64,000 nucleotides of DNA from an uncultured delta proteobacterium (GTDB taxonomy: Bacteria > Desulfobacterota > Binatia > JACPRU01), in the NCBI GenBank assembly GCA_963745025.1, contig CAVUWD010000014.1, positions 240,339 to 304,338 on the forward strand, given 5' to 3'. The notes under the pieces were generated by a model. That model searched no databases. It saw only the letters and a program-made list of their open reading frames with translations, and was not told the origin of the DNA. Numbering within the stretch: the stretch's first letter is position 1; the number at the start of each line of letters is the position of its first letter. Position numbers and translations under genes: made by a program. Positions 19,435 through 28,599 of this stretch are shown here, in pieces.

Positions 19435-20919
19435 GTGAGCACGCCAGCGCTTCGCTTCGACAACAGCTACTCCCGCCTGCCCGAGACCTTCTATAGCCGC
19501 GTCGAGCCGGTGCGGGTGCCGGAGCCGCGTCTCATCCGCGTGAACGAGGCGCTCGCAGAGCATCTCGGGATCGATCGTTCGTGGCTCCGATCCGACGCCG
19601 CCGTGCGGACGTTCGCGGGAAACGAGATCCCGGCGGGCGCCGAGCCGATCGCGACCGTCTACGCGGGGTACCAGTTCGGCACGTGGAACCCGCGCCTCGG
19701 CGACGGCCGAGCCATCCTGCTCGGAGAGCTGATCGGCCGGGACGGCATTCGCTACGATGTGCAGCTCAAGGGATCGGGCCGAACGCCCTATTCGCGCACC
19801 GGGGACGGCAAGGCCCCGCTCGGGCCGGTGCTGCGCGAGTACGTCGTCAGCGAATGGATGGCCGCGGTCGGGATCCCGACGAGCCGAAGCCTCGCGGCCG
19901 TGACCACCGGGGAGCAGGTCTTCCGCGAAACGGGGCCCGTGCCCGGCGCCGTGCTCACGCGCGTCGCTCAGAGCCACATCCGTGTCGGCACCGTCCAGTA
20001 CTTCGCGTCCCGCGGTGACGAGAACGCCGTCCGCATCCTTCTCGACCACGTCATCGAACGCCACTTCCCCGACGCGCGCCGTGCGGAGAATCCCTACCGC
20101 GCGATGCTCGACGGCGTGATCGCCCGCCAGGCCGAGCTCGTCGCGCGATGGCTCGCCGTCGGATTCATCCACGGCGTGATGAACACCGACAACATGCTGC
20201 TCTCGGGAGAGACGATCGACTACGGCCCCTGTGCCTTCCTCGACGAGTACGACCCGCAGAAGGTCTTGAGCTCGATCGATCACGGCGGGCGCTACGCCTA
20301 CGGGAACCAGCCGCCGATCGCACACTGGAATCTAGCGAGCCTCGCCGAGGCGATGTTCTTCCTGCTCGACGACGATCGCGAGCGGGCGATCGCCGCTGCG
20401 CAGTCGGCGCTCGACGAGTTCCCCGGGCGGCTCCTATCCGCCCGGCGGCGGACGATGCTCGAGAAGATCGGCCTCACGACCCACCGCGAGGGAGACGACC
20501 GGCTGATCGACGATCTCCTCTCGACGATGGCAGCGGCGCGCGCCGACTTCACGCTCACCTTCCGGCGTCTAGCGGAGCTCGCCGACTCCGAGCAGGCGGC
20601 CGAGATCGACTCGATCTACGAGCTCCCCGAGACACTCAGCCCCTGGCTCGCCCGCTGGCGCGAGCGCATCGCCCTCGAGAGCGCGGTCGCTCCGGCCGAG
20701 CGGCGGCGTCGCATGGCGGCGATGAACCCGCTCTTCCTCCCGCGGAACCACCTCGTCGAGGAGGTCATCGCCGCCGCCGTCGCCCGCGAAGACTTCCAGC
20801 CCTTCCACGACCTCGTCGACCTCCTCGCACGCCCAACCGAGTGGCGCCCGGAGAAGGCCCGCTACGCTCGACCGCCCCGCCCGGAGGAAGTCGTCCAGCG
20901 GACGTTCTGCGGCACCTGA
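19435..20919 (+). CDS. selO: Protein adenylyltransferase SelO/YdiU
   Basis: YAGYQFG..LGDGRA, QLKGSGRTPYSR.GDG, GFIHGVMNTDN, IDYGP, C-terminal TFCGT. Confidence 0.95.
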   Translation: MSTPALRFDNSYSRLPETFYSRVEPVRVPEPRLIRVNEALAEHLGIDRSWLRSDAAVRTFAGNEIPAGAEPIATVYAGYQFGTWNPRLGDGRAILLGELIGRDGIRYDVQLKGSGRTPYSRTGDGKAPLGPVLREYVVSEWMAAVGIPTSRSLAAVTTGEQVFRETGPVPGAVLTRVAQSHIRVGTVQYFASRGDENAVRILLDHVIERHFPDARRAENPYRAMLDGVIARQAELVARWLAVGFIHGVMNTDNMLLSGETIDYGPCAFLDEYDPQKVLSSIDHGGRYAYGNQPPIAHWNLASLAEAMFFLLDDDRERAIAAAQSALDEFPGRLLSARRRTMLEKIGLTTHREGDDRLIDDLLSTMAAARADFTLTFRRLAELADSEQAAEIDSIYELPETLSPWLARWRERIALESAVAPAERRRRMAAMNPLFLPRNHLVEEVIAAAVAREDFQPFHDLVDLLARPTEWRPEKARYARPPRPEEVVQRTFCGT

Positions 20920-20984
20920 ACTCGGACGATGCGTCGCGGTTTCGAGTAGCTCTTGGCCCCCAGCCGAAACTGAGGATGGGTGGC

Positions 20985-21105
20985 AAGGATCGAGCGCGGA
21001 CGGCTTCGCGAGGCCGAACGTGCCGGGCGCCTCCGCCATTCGATCGTCGAGCTCGCGCCGAGCTACGTTCACATGTACGTGAACCGCATGGTGCGCTCGG
21101 TGGCT
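20985..21105 (+). pseudogene. Lanthipeptide dehydratase C-terminal (thiopeptide-type) domain remnant
   Basis: LREAERAGRLRHSIVELAPSYVHMYVNRMVRS matches the SYxHMxxNR motif. Confidence 0.6.
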
Positions 21106-21426
21106 GACGTCCGAGTAACACCCGGAACGGCGTTCAAATGCTATGAGGAAAATGAAGGGAATCGAGGAGGGAGTTCACAGTGGGTAAACCGCGAAGTCGC
21201 ACGCGCAAACAGTTTCAGCCATATTCCAAAGCCGACCCGGTAGATGTCGCCATGAACCTCGACATAGATGTCCCCATCACGCCCGCCGATCTTGACGGGC
21301 TCTTAGACGAATTCCGGAGGCGTGCTCACCGGCACGATCGCGAATAGGGCGGACCCCTGCCAGGCAAAGATCGCCTGCGGCCCTGCGGCGAGCAAGATGG
21401 CCGCGAGAAGTCGACATACCTTCGCG

Positions 21427-22011
21427 CTACTGCCCAAGGAATCGCGCGTGGTACACGGCCCCTGCATCGGAACTTTGTATATCGCTCCTGACGGCACAGA
21501 CTCCCTGCACATTTTTCGCGGTCTCTATCGCGCGCAGATGAGCGGTGAGGCTATTTACGGTGCCGGCGAGCAATACCGTGCCCTTATCGACCGATTGCAC
21601 GGAGACATTGCTCCCGCTGAGAGGGCTATCCTTCTTCAGGCCCGCCGCAATCAGAGCGACCGCAACCTCACTCTGAAGCTCCGAGTCCGAGGGGGCGGTG
21701 GCGTGTTCCTCCGCAACGGGAGCGATCATAAGGAAGTTGCGAACCTCTCTCACGCCTTCCATGCTCCTCGCCAACTTCTCCACGTTCTCCTTATCCGCCG
21801 GGGAGGTAACCTTTCCGTACAGCGTCATCGTTGCGTTCATCGTGTCGACCTGAACCGTGCTTCCACGAGTTCCAATCGACGTAAAGATAGCGATCTTGGC
21901 CGTCGTGGTGAGCCAGGCGTCGGACGGTCCGTCGGCTGCCCTGCCACAGGGTGGCGTAGCTCCGACGACCGCGGCAAACAGACCTATGGCTATCATCCCG
22001 ACTCTCTGCAT
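21427..22011 (-). CDS. Periplasmic BON-domain (OsmY-like) protein, 2 BON domains
   Basis: Signal peptide; DAWLTTTAKIAI..VQVDT..TLYGKV..GVREVRNFL; paralog of 45896-46945. Confidence 0.88.
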   Translation of the reverse strand: MQRVGMIAIGLFAAVVGATPPCGRAADGPSDAWLTTTAKIAIFTSIGTRGSTVQVDTMNATMTLYGKVTSPADKENVEKLARSMEGVREVRNFLMIAPVAEEHATAPSDSELQSEVAVALIAAGLKKDSPLSGSNVSVQSVDKGTVLLAGTVNSLTAHLRAIETAKNVQGVCAVRSDIQSSDAGAVYHARFLGQ

Positions 22012-22266
22012 TCTCTTACTTCCCGTGTAGATCAAGCGTTCTTACCCTTCCCATCGAGCCAACCGACGGCCCGATCCGAACGGCAAGAGCGACCAGCAGC
22101 CAGCCGAACATACCGAGCAGAACAAAGACGATACCCATTCTAGTGTGGGCCCTCCTTCGTAGAGCCCGCCTACACCGTCTTCAGAGCTTAGACCTTACAA
22201 TCCTTTTCATATTGCCGAGAACGAAAGCGAACAACCGAATGATAGTGCGGCAGGGCCCGAAGGCTA

Positions 22267-22282
22267 TGAGGGAATTTCCCTA
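22267..22282. promoter_or_regulatory. 16-bp palindromic box (FixJ-like)
   Basis: TGAGGGAATTTCCCTA preceded by CTA; intergenic between the divergent BON and GlsB genes. Confidence 0.7.
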
Positions 22283-22526
22283 CTGCTTAAGAAAGGCAGC
22301 CCCTGCTTCTACTCTGGTGTACGGCTCTCGCAACTTGATCGGCGCGGCGTGAGGCTTCCGCGCTTTCAAGTTGAGGATTTCTACGAACACAGCGAACGAC
22401 ATCGCGAAATAGGGCATCTCCGATCAGCGATCCTGTATGCTCGCCACGGCTGCGTCCTCCGACGTCTCAGTAATGCTCGGAACGGCACAAGGATTCGACC
22501 GGAGGAAGTCCCCTATCTGGGCGAGC

Positions 22527-22571
22527 AAGGGGTTTTCCCTTACTTGCGCGGCGCTCGCCGAGGCGTAACGT
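22527..22571 (+). promoter_or_regulatory. Box plus putative -35/-10 promoter
   Basis: AAGGGGTTTTCCCTTA, then CTTGCGCGGCGC..GGCGTAACGT; similar to 54006-54045. Confidence 0.6.
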
Positions 22572-22630
22572 GGTTCTTGGCAGTGCAGAATTGACTGGCG
22601 GTCCGAACGAACAAGCCGTTGGAGGTTCAC

Positions 22631-22918
22631 ATGACGCTCACACATCTGCTCATTCTTCTTTTGGTAGGAGCCGTGGTCGGACTGATCGCGGAACGGCTCG
22701 TCAACCGAGCACTCCCCTACGGATGGATCGGCGCCATCGCGGCCGGCCTGCTAGGCGCGTGGCTGATGACGGACCAGCTCCATATCATCATCGCTCCCAA
22801 GGTGTCGGTAATCGGGATTCCGCTGATCTCGGCGATCCTCGGCGCAATGATCGTGGTCTTCCTGTTCAGCTTGATCACCGGTGCCGGCCGATTCGGCTAC
22901 CGGCGTGCCCGCTGGTGA
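22631..22918 (+). CDS. GlsB/YeaQ/YmgE stress-response membrane protein
   Basis: LLVGAVVGLIAERL..GWIGAIAAGLLGAWL..AILGAMIV; GGAGG RBS. Confidence 0.85.
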   Translation: MTLTHLLILLLVGAVVGLIAERLVNRALPYGWIGAIAAGLLGAWLMTDQLHIIIAPKVSVIGIPLISAILGAMIVVFLFSLITGAGRFGYRRARW

Positions 22919-23101
22919 TCACGGTTCGGGATTCGCAAGCGCGGTGCGCTACTGAAGATATCCGGATATGCGCTCGCCGTCATTCATGATGAAAATATGA
23001 ACGGTACGTTGGATATCGACTGGAGTGATGCCGATCGCAGGTTACGGCGTTTCAAACGATCCGCAGCCTTTGATCAGCGTGTCTCTATTCTCGGCGCCGT
23101 G

Positions 23102-23728
23102 ATGCTGCGCTCATCGACCGCATTGCTCGCGCTCACGGCTGCCATCGCTTCGTCGGCGATCTCGATGTCGGTGCGGCCGGCGATCGCCGCCGACTCGCCT
23201 CCCGAGGTGGTTCGCAAGCTCACCGACGCAGTGATCGCCGTGCTCGAGCAGAAGGATCTGCCTGCCGCCGCGAGGGTCACGAAGATCCGCGACGTCGTTT
23301 ACGACTACGCCGATTTCCCGACCATCTCGCGATTGGTGCTGGCCCGCAACTGGAGGGGACTCGACGAAACCCAGCAGGAGCACTTTGTCGAGGAATTCAA
23401 GAAATACCTCGCGAGCAGTTACGGGAAGAACGTCGACACCTACAACAACGAGAAGGTGGAGATCGTAGGCGACCGCGACGAGGGGCGCGGCGACTGGACC
23501 GTGCAAACGAAAAACCTGCGCCCACAGGGTGGAGGCGACGTCCTGGTCGAGTACCGCTTGCGGCAGAGGAACGGGGAATGGAAAATCATTGACGTGCTCA
23601 TCGAGCGTGTAAGCCTGGTCTCCAACTACCGCTCGCAGTTCCAGGCCCTCATGGCCAACGGAGGCATCGACCACCTGCTCGAGCTCCTGCGCGAGAAAAA
23701 CGCGTCCGGCGAGGGGTTGAAGTCGTAG
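23102..23728 (+). CDS. mlaC: MlaC/Ttg2D phospholipid-binding protein
   Basis: DFPTISRLVLARNWR..VEYRL..WKIIDVLIERVSLVSNYRSQF. Confidence 0.9.
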   Translation: MLRSSTALLALTAAIASSAISMSVRPAIAADSPPEVVRKLTDAVIAVLEQKDLPAAARVTKIRDVVYDYADFPTISRLVLARNWRGLDETQQEHFVEEFKKYLASSYGKNVDTYNNEKVEIVGDRDEGRGDWTVQTKNLRPQGGGDVLVEYRLRQRNGEWKIIDVLIERVSLVSNYRSQFQALMANGGIDHLLELLREKNASGEGLKS

Positions 23729-23756
23729 CGTGCCGTCTCGATGCGACCCCCTTCGA

Positions 23757-23772
23757 TAGGGGATTTTGCTTA
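23757..23772. promoter_or_regulatory. 16-bp box (degenerate)
   Basis: TAGGGGATTTTGCTTA followed by TAG. Confidence 0.5.
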
Positions 23773-23914
23773 TAGCACCGTTTCGACTGGAGAAGCATTG
23801 TTGCCTGTCCGTGCAACCCGACCGATCGCCTTCAACGCAGGGACCGGGCCACGAAGAATCGAGCCTGGTCCCTGCTTATCCAAATGAGGAGGCGCGAATG
23901 GATGCCTTCGTTCC

Positions 23915-24292
23915 ATGAAATCCCAGGAGCCAACCGGATCGCCGCTCAAACGACTTGTCCGACCTGAGATGGTCAAACAGGTCTTCGCCTCTTTCGTCGT
24001 CGCCCCGAACGGAGGGAATGCCATGAGAACCCAACCCGGAGGAATCGCCAAAGTGATTCGTATTCCGAACGCACAATCGGAGGCACCAGCTCCGCTACGT
24101 GCCGACGAACCCGCCGGTGTCGATGAATGGCTTTCCTCTCACCGCGAGGAGACCGTACGCCAGCTCGCGACATGGCAGGCCCCGGCCCTTCCGAACGAGG
24201 TCGTCGAAGCGCTGGCCACGATCTTCCTGATGCAGCCAGGACACAAGCTCATACCATTCTTTGTTTGGCTCGAGGATCGATTGAGGCGATAG
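23915..24292 (+). CDS. Hypothetical protein
   Basis: 125-aa ORF downstream of a box and a GAGGAGG RBS. Confidence 0.45.
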   Translation: MKSQEPTGSPLKRLVRPEMVKQVFASFVVAPNGGNAMRTQPGGIAKVIRIPNAQSEAPAPLRADEPAGVDEWLSSHREETVRQLATWQAPALPNEVVEALATIFLMQPGHKLIPFFVWLEDRLRR

Positions 24293-24344
24293 CTTTCTCC
24301 GCAAGCCGTTCTCGTCTACGACGGCCGAGTCGGATTCTTCAAGC

Positions 24345-24983
24345 TTACTCTGAGTCGACGCCGTCTGCCTGATTGGCTCTGCAAAGCAGGTCCAGGCGCA
24401 CCAGCTCTGCGACGGACTCCACCTGCATCTTCTCCATGACGCGCCCGCGATGAATCTCCACCGTCTTGGGGCTGATGCCGAGGTCCGCCGCGATGATCTT
24501 GTTCGGCTTCCCCTCGATGACGAGGTCCATCACCTCTCGCTCCCTCGGCGTGAGGTACGTGAGCAGGGCGGCAAACTTCGCAGCCTCCATTCGCACTTGC
24601 CGGGTCCGGCGATCGAGGTCGATCGCCTGGCGAATCCGCTCCAGCAATGACTGATCGCTGAACGGCTTTTGTATGAAGTCGATCGCTCCCCCTTTGAGGG
24701 CGCGGACGGCCATCGGCACCCTGGCGTGCCCCGTCATGATGATGATCGGCGGCGGCACCCCGCGCCGCCTGAGCTCTTCCTGCAGATCGAGGCCGGATAA
24801 GCCTGGCATCCGCACGTCGAGAAGCAGGCAGCCAGGCTCCTCAGGGTTGTAGTCGGTCAAGAATTCTTGTGCCGTCGAGTAGCTCTTGAAGCGAAGCCCG
24901 GCGGATTCGAAGAGCCAGCCCAGGGATTCCCTGAGGTCAGCATCGTCGTCTACGACGAAAACAGTCGACTCTGCTTCCTTCAT
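24345..24983 (-). CDS. FixJ-family response regulator (REC + LuxR HTH)
   Basis: VFVVDDD, LLLDVRMPGLSG, TPREREVMDLVIEGKPNKIIAADLGISPKTVEIHR. Confidence 0.93.
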   Translation of the reverse strand: MKEAESTVFVVDDDADLRESLGWLFESAGLRFKSYSTAQEFLTDYNPEEPGCLLLDVRMPGLSGLDLQEELRRRGVPPPIIIMTGHARVPMAVRALKGGAIDFIQKPFSDQSLLERIRQAIDLDRRTRQVRMEAAKFAALLTYLTPREREVMDLVIEGKPNKIIAADLGISPKTVEIHRGRVMEKMQVESVAELVRLDLLCRANQADGVDSE

Positions 24984-26764
24984 GATCCCGGCCTCCGGCT
25001 CTTCGCTGCGCCGGGCGGACGTCTTCCGGCAAGGTCAGCCACCGCCGACACCAGTGCGCGCTGGCCGACGGGCTTTGTCAGGTGCAAACGATATCCGGCG
25101 GCGAGAGCCAGCTGCCGATCCATGGCGCCGGCGTATGCCGTCACCGCGATGGCCGGCACGGTTGCGGCGTCGCTCGAGCTGTGCGCTCGTATCTCACGCA
25201 TGAGCGCGTAGCCGTCGAGCTCGGGCATGCTGATGTCGCTGACCAGAACATCTTGCTGCTTCCCTCCTCGTCGAAGGACTTCGAGAGCCTCGCGAGTCGA
25301 GCCCGCCGTCGTGACCGTCGCCCCACATACCGTCAGCAGGGTCGCCATGGCCTCCAGTGCGTCCTCATCGTCGTCGACCACCAGGACACGAACCCCCCTC
25401 AAGTCCTCCATCTCGACCGCGCGGTCTCGAGCGTCCTGGAATTCACGCGAAGCGGGATCAGTGCTCGAAGGCAGGAGGGGCAACGTGATCGCAAATGTCG
25501 AGCCGCGGCCCTCTCCGGCGCTCTCGGCGGTAACTTTGCCACCGTGGAGCTCGACGAGGTTGCGAACGATGGCGAGTCCGAGCCCGAGCCCGCCGTACTT
25601 CCTCGTCGAAGACTTGTCGACCTGCCGGAAGCGCTCGAAGACCTCGGGAAGCGCTTCTGCAGAGATCCCAATGCCCGTATCGCGAACGGTGATTCGTGCC
25701 TCGGCGCCCACCCGCTCGAGCACGACGTCGATCGAGCCTCCTCTCGGGGTGAATTTGATCGCGTTCGAGAGAAGGTTCTCCATCACTTGCTGTAGGCGAG
25801 CCTCGTCGCCGTTTACGGGCGCGTCGATCTCGTGGGACGTGAACCGCAGGCGAGTTCCCTGTGCCTCCGCGGCGGCGCGAGCACTCTCTACCGCAGCGCC
25901 GACGACCGTGGCGAGAGGCACCCTTTCCAATTCGAGGGAGACCTTCCCGGCGTTTATGCGCGCGATGTCGATGAGGTCGTCGACCAGGCGCACCTCCAGA
26001 GCGATCTTTCGCTCGATCGTCTCGAGGGCGCGAGCAGACTTTTCTCGATCGAGGATGCCCCGACGCAACATCTGAGCGCACAGCAAAGCGGAGCTGAGCG
26101 GCGAGCGCAGCTCATGAGACAAAGTAGCCAGGAACTCGTCCTTGATGCGGTTCGCCTCCTGCGAAGCTCGGTAGAGTCGCGCGTGATCGACCGCGAGCCC
26201 TGCCCGCCGTGCGAGCTCCTCGGCAAGCGCCAGATCCACCGAGCTATAACTGTGCCCCGGCTTCGAGCGAGCGATGCTGATCGTCCCGAGGATCTGCCCG
26301 TGGACCGGAAGCGGAACACAAATGAAGGAGCGGAACTTCAAGCTACGGATCACGTCGGGGTCTACGTCCTCCGGCAGAGCGAGACATATCTGATCGGTGA
26401 CCTCTGGCAGCCATGTCGATTCACCGGTGGAGAGCACCCTGGAGTGGCTGGGCGCAGAATGGACGCTCAGCGGATGCTGTCGCGCGATTCTCCACACGAG
26501 CTCTTCTCGCTTCGGGTCGATGTCTGCCACCGCGACGCGACGGATCCTCTTTCCTTCCTCGGCCAGATCGACCACGCAAAAGTCCCCAAGCTGCGGTACG
26601 ACCAAGCGCGCCAGATTTCCGAGTGTCGTTTCGTAGTCGAGCGAGCTGCCGAGAACCCGGCTCGCCTCGGAGAGAAATGCGAGCCGAGAGCTCGCCGCTG
26701 CTGCTTCGCTACGCGCCGCTTCTTCGCGCTTCAGCAGCTCGTCGCGTTCCGTTTTGGGAGGCAT
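24980..26764 (-). CDS. Hybrid sensor histidine kinase (GAF-HisKA-HATPase-REC)
   Basis: FLATLSHELRSPL, NLLSNAIKFT, DTGIGI, GGLGLGLAI, VLVVDDD..SDISMP; ATGA overlap with the regulator. Confidence 0.95.
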   Translation of the reverse strand: MPPKTERDELLKREEAARSEAAAASSRLAFLSEASRVLGSSLDYETTLGNLARLVVPQLGDFCVVDLAEEGKRIRRVAVADIDPKREELVWRIARQHPLSVHSAPSHSRVLSTGESTWLPEVTDQICLALPEDVDPDVIRSLKFRSFICVPLPVHGQILGTISIARSKPGHSYSSVDLALAEELARRAGLAVDHARLYRASQEANRIKDEFLATLSHELRSPLSSALLCAQMLRRGILDREKSARALETIERKIALEVRLVDDLIDIARINAGKVSLELERVPLATVVGAAVESARAAAEAQGTRLRFTSHEIDAPVNGDEARLQQVMENLLSNAIKFTPRGGSIDVVLERVGAEARITVRDTGIGISAEALPEVFERFRQVDKSSTRKYGGLGLGLAIVRNLVELHGGKVTAESAGEGRGSTFAITLPLLPSSTDPASREFQDARDRAVEMEDLRGVRVLVVDDDEDALEAMATLLTVCGATVTTAGSTREALEVLRRGGKQQDVLVSDISMPELDGYALMREIRAHSSSDAATVPAIAVTAYAGAMDRQLALAAGYRLHLTKPVGQRALVSAVADLAGRRPPGAAKSRRPGS

Positions 26765-26830
26765 ACGGTAAATGCGCCTTCTCTCCAGCCTCGGCGGAGA
26801 TGTATACCCCGAATCAAGTCGCGGTCGTTA

Positions 26831-26846
26831 TAAGGGTTTTCCCCGA
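26831..26846. promoter_or_regulatory. 16-bp box upstream of the HK-RR pair
   Basis: TAAGGGTTTTCCCCGA preceded by TTA; 67 bp from the ATG at 26764. Confidence 0.75.
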
Positions 26847-26928
26847 GCCGCTGCGCCGGCATGGGCAGTCTGAGCGACTGCACCTCTGAGGCGTTCGATC
26901 AGAGAAGAGAGAGCCCTCTATCGTGTTC

Positions 26929-28599
26929 TCACGGCCACGCGCGCGAGCTCTTCGAGAGCCTTCGCCCGGCGAGGTCTGCAACCACCGCGACGAGCGCTTC
27001 GGGATCGATCGGCTTTGCGAGGAGAGTCCGGAAGCCCGCCGCGACGGCCTGCTCGCGGTCCGCCTCCTTCGCGTACGAAGAGAGCGCGGCTGCGGGCGGC
27101 GCATCGCTGCCCTCGCGGGCAGCGATCTTGCGCATGAGGTCGTAGCCGCTTTCACCCGGCATGACGACGTCGCTGAGGAGCACGTCCGGCCTCGAGCGCT
27201 CGATCGCTGCGAGTGCGTCGGCAGCCGACGCCGCGGTCCTCACCTCGGCGCCGCAGCTCTCGAGGAGGTATCGCAGGGCGTCGCACATGTCCCGATCGTC
27301 GTCGACGATGAGAATACGAATCCCCGCGAGCGCGCCGGGTTCCGAGCGCTCGCCGGCCTCAGCCGCCTCCGGCCGCACGGCCGCCTCTTTGGTGAGCGGG
27401 AGCTCGACCGTAAAGGTCGTGCCCTCTTCTCCACCCGGGCTCTCCGCGCGGACGCGACCGCCGTGAAGCTCGACCAAATGCTTCACGATCGCCAGCCCGG
27501 TCCCCAAACCGCCGTAGCTACGGGTGCTCGAGCTCTCCGCCTGGCGAAAGGGCTCGAAGACGTGCGGCAGAAACTCGCGACTGATCCCCTTCCCGCTGTC
27601 GATCACCTGGATTCGGGCGTCTGCGCCTGCGCGCTCGAGATGAACCTCGATGTGGCCGCCGTTCGGCGTGAACTTGATCGCGTTGGCGAGGAGGGTAGCG
27701 ACCACCTGCTCGAGCCTGTCCGGATCGGCGGAGAGCAGCTTGACGGACCGATCGAAGGCGGCGTCGAGGCGGATCGACCTCCGCTCCGCCTGCGGCCGCA
27801 GTCCCTCGATCGCGGCCTTGATCAATCTCACCGGCTCGACGGCCCGTAGATCGAGGCGCAGCTCGGCGGTCGCGATGCACGAGAGGTCGAGCAAGTCGTC
27901 GATGAGCTTCGCCTGTGCGCGGACGTTGCGCTCGATCGCCTCGACTGCGCGGGCACGCTCGGCCTCGCCAGTGCCCTTCGAGCGCAGGACGTGAGCCCAG
28001 GTGAGCGTCGAGGAGAGCGGCGTTTTCAGCTCGTGCGACACCAGAGCGAGGAACTCGTCCTTCGCCCGGTTCGCCGTCTCGGCGGCACGCCTTGCCGACT
28101 CGAGCTGGCGGGTTCGCTCGGCCGCCTCGGCGCGAGCGAGCAGCATCGTCAAATAGGCGGCGAGCTTCGCCGCGACCAACGAGAGCGCACGGAGATGCCC
28201 CTCCCCGTACGCGCCTCTGGCGCGACGGACGAAGAAGACTCCGATCACCTCGTCGAGCCCGACGAGCGGAACGGCGAGGTGCGACCCCGACGGCCTCGTG
28301 GGGGCTTGCGGCGCGCGCGTGTGCTCCTCGACGAAGAGCCCGAAGAACCTCATGAGCGTCTCCGTGAGCTGCTCCCGCTCGTCCGGCGGCGCCGGCGGCG
28401 TCACGACGAGGCGCGGCTCGCGGCCGGGCTCGGCCTCGAGCAGTGCGCACTGGTCGTACGGCAGGAGCTGCCGGAGGAGCTCGAGGACGCGGAGCACGCG
28501 CTCCGCCGATCCCTCCGCGGATTCGAAGACCAGCGCGATGTCGTAGAGCGTCTGGCTGAAGCGCTCCCGCCTCCGAGGCTCGCGCCGTCGCGTCCTCAC
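26929..28599 (-). CDS. Hybrid histidine kinase/response regulator
   Basis: FLALVSHELKTPL, LLANAIKFT, DSGKGI, GGLGTGLAI, C-terminal REC; GTG start overlaps the kaiC-like stop. Confidence 0.92.
   Translation of the reverse strand: MRTRRREPRRRERFSQTLYDIALVFESAEGSAERVLRVLELLRQLLPYDQCALLEAEPGREPRLVVTPPAPPDEREQLTETLMRFFGLFVEEHTRAPQAPTRPSGSHLAVPLVGLDEVIGVFFVRRARGAYGEGHLRALSLVAAKLAAYLTMLLARAEAAERTRQLESARRAAETANRAKDEFLALVSHELKTPLSSTLTWAHVLRSKGTGEAERARAVEAIERNVRAQAKLIDDLLDLSCIATAELRLDLRAVEPVRLIKAAIEGLRPQAERRSIRLDAAFDRSVKLLSADPDRLEQVVATLLANAIKFTPNGGHIEVHLERAGADARIQVIDSGKGISREFLPHVFEPFRQAESSSTRSYGGLGTGLAIVKHLVELHGGRVRAESPGGEEGTTFTVELPLTKEAAVRPEAAEAGERSEPGALAGIRILIVDDDRDMCDALRYLLESCGAEVRTAASAADALAAIERSRPDVLLSDVVMPGESGYDLMRKIAAREGSDAPPAAALSSYAKEADREQAVAAGFRTLLAKPIDPEALVAVVADLAGRRLSKSSRAWP

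Noticed and set aside
20905-20940. Selenocysteine readthrough at the selO TGA
   Set aside because: The protein ends in the usual bacterial FCGT with Cys, and no SECIS-like hairpin was recognised.
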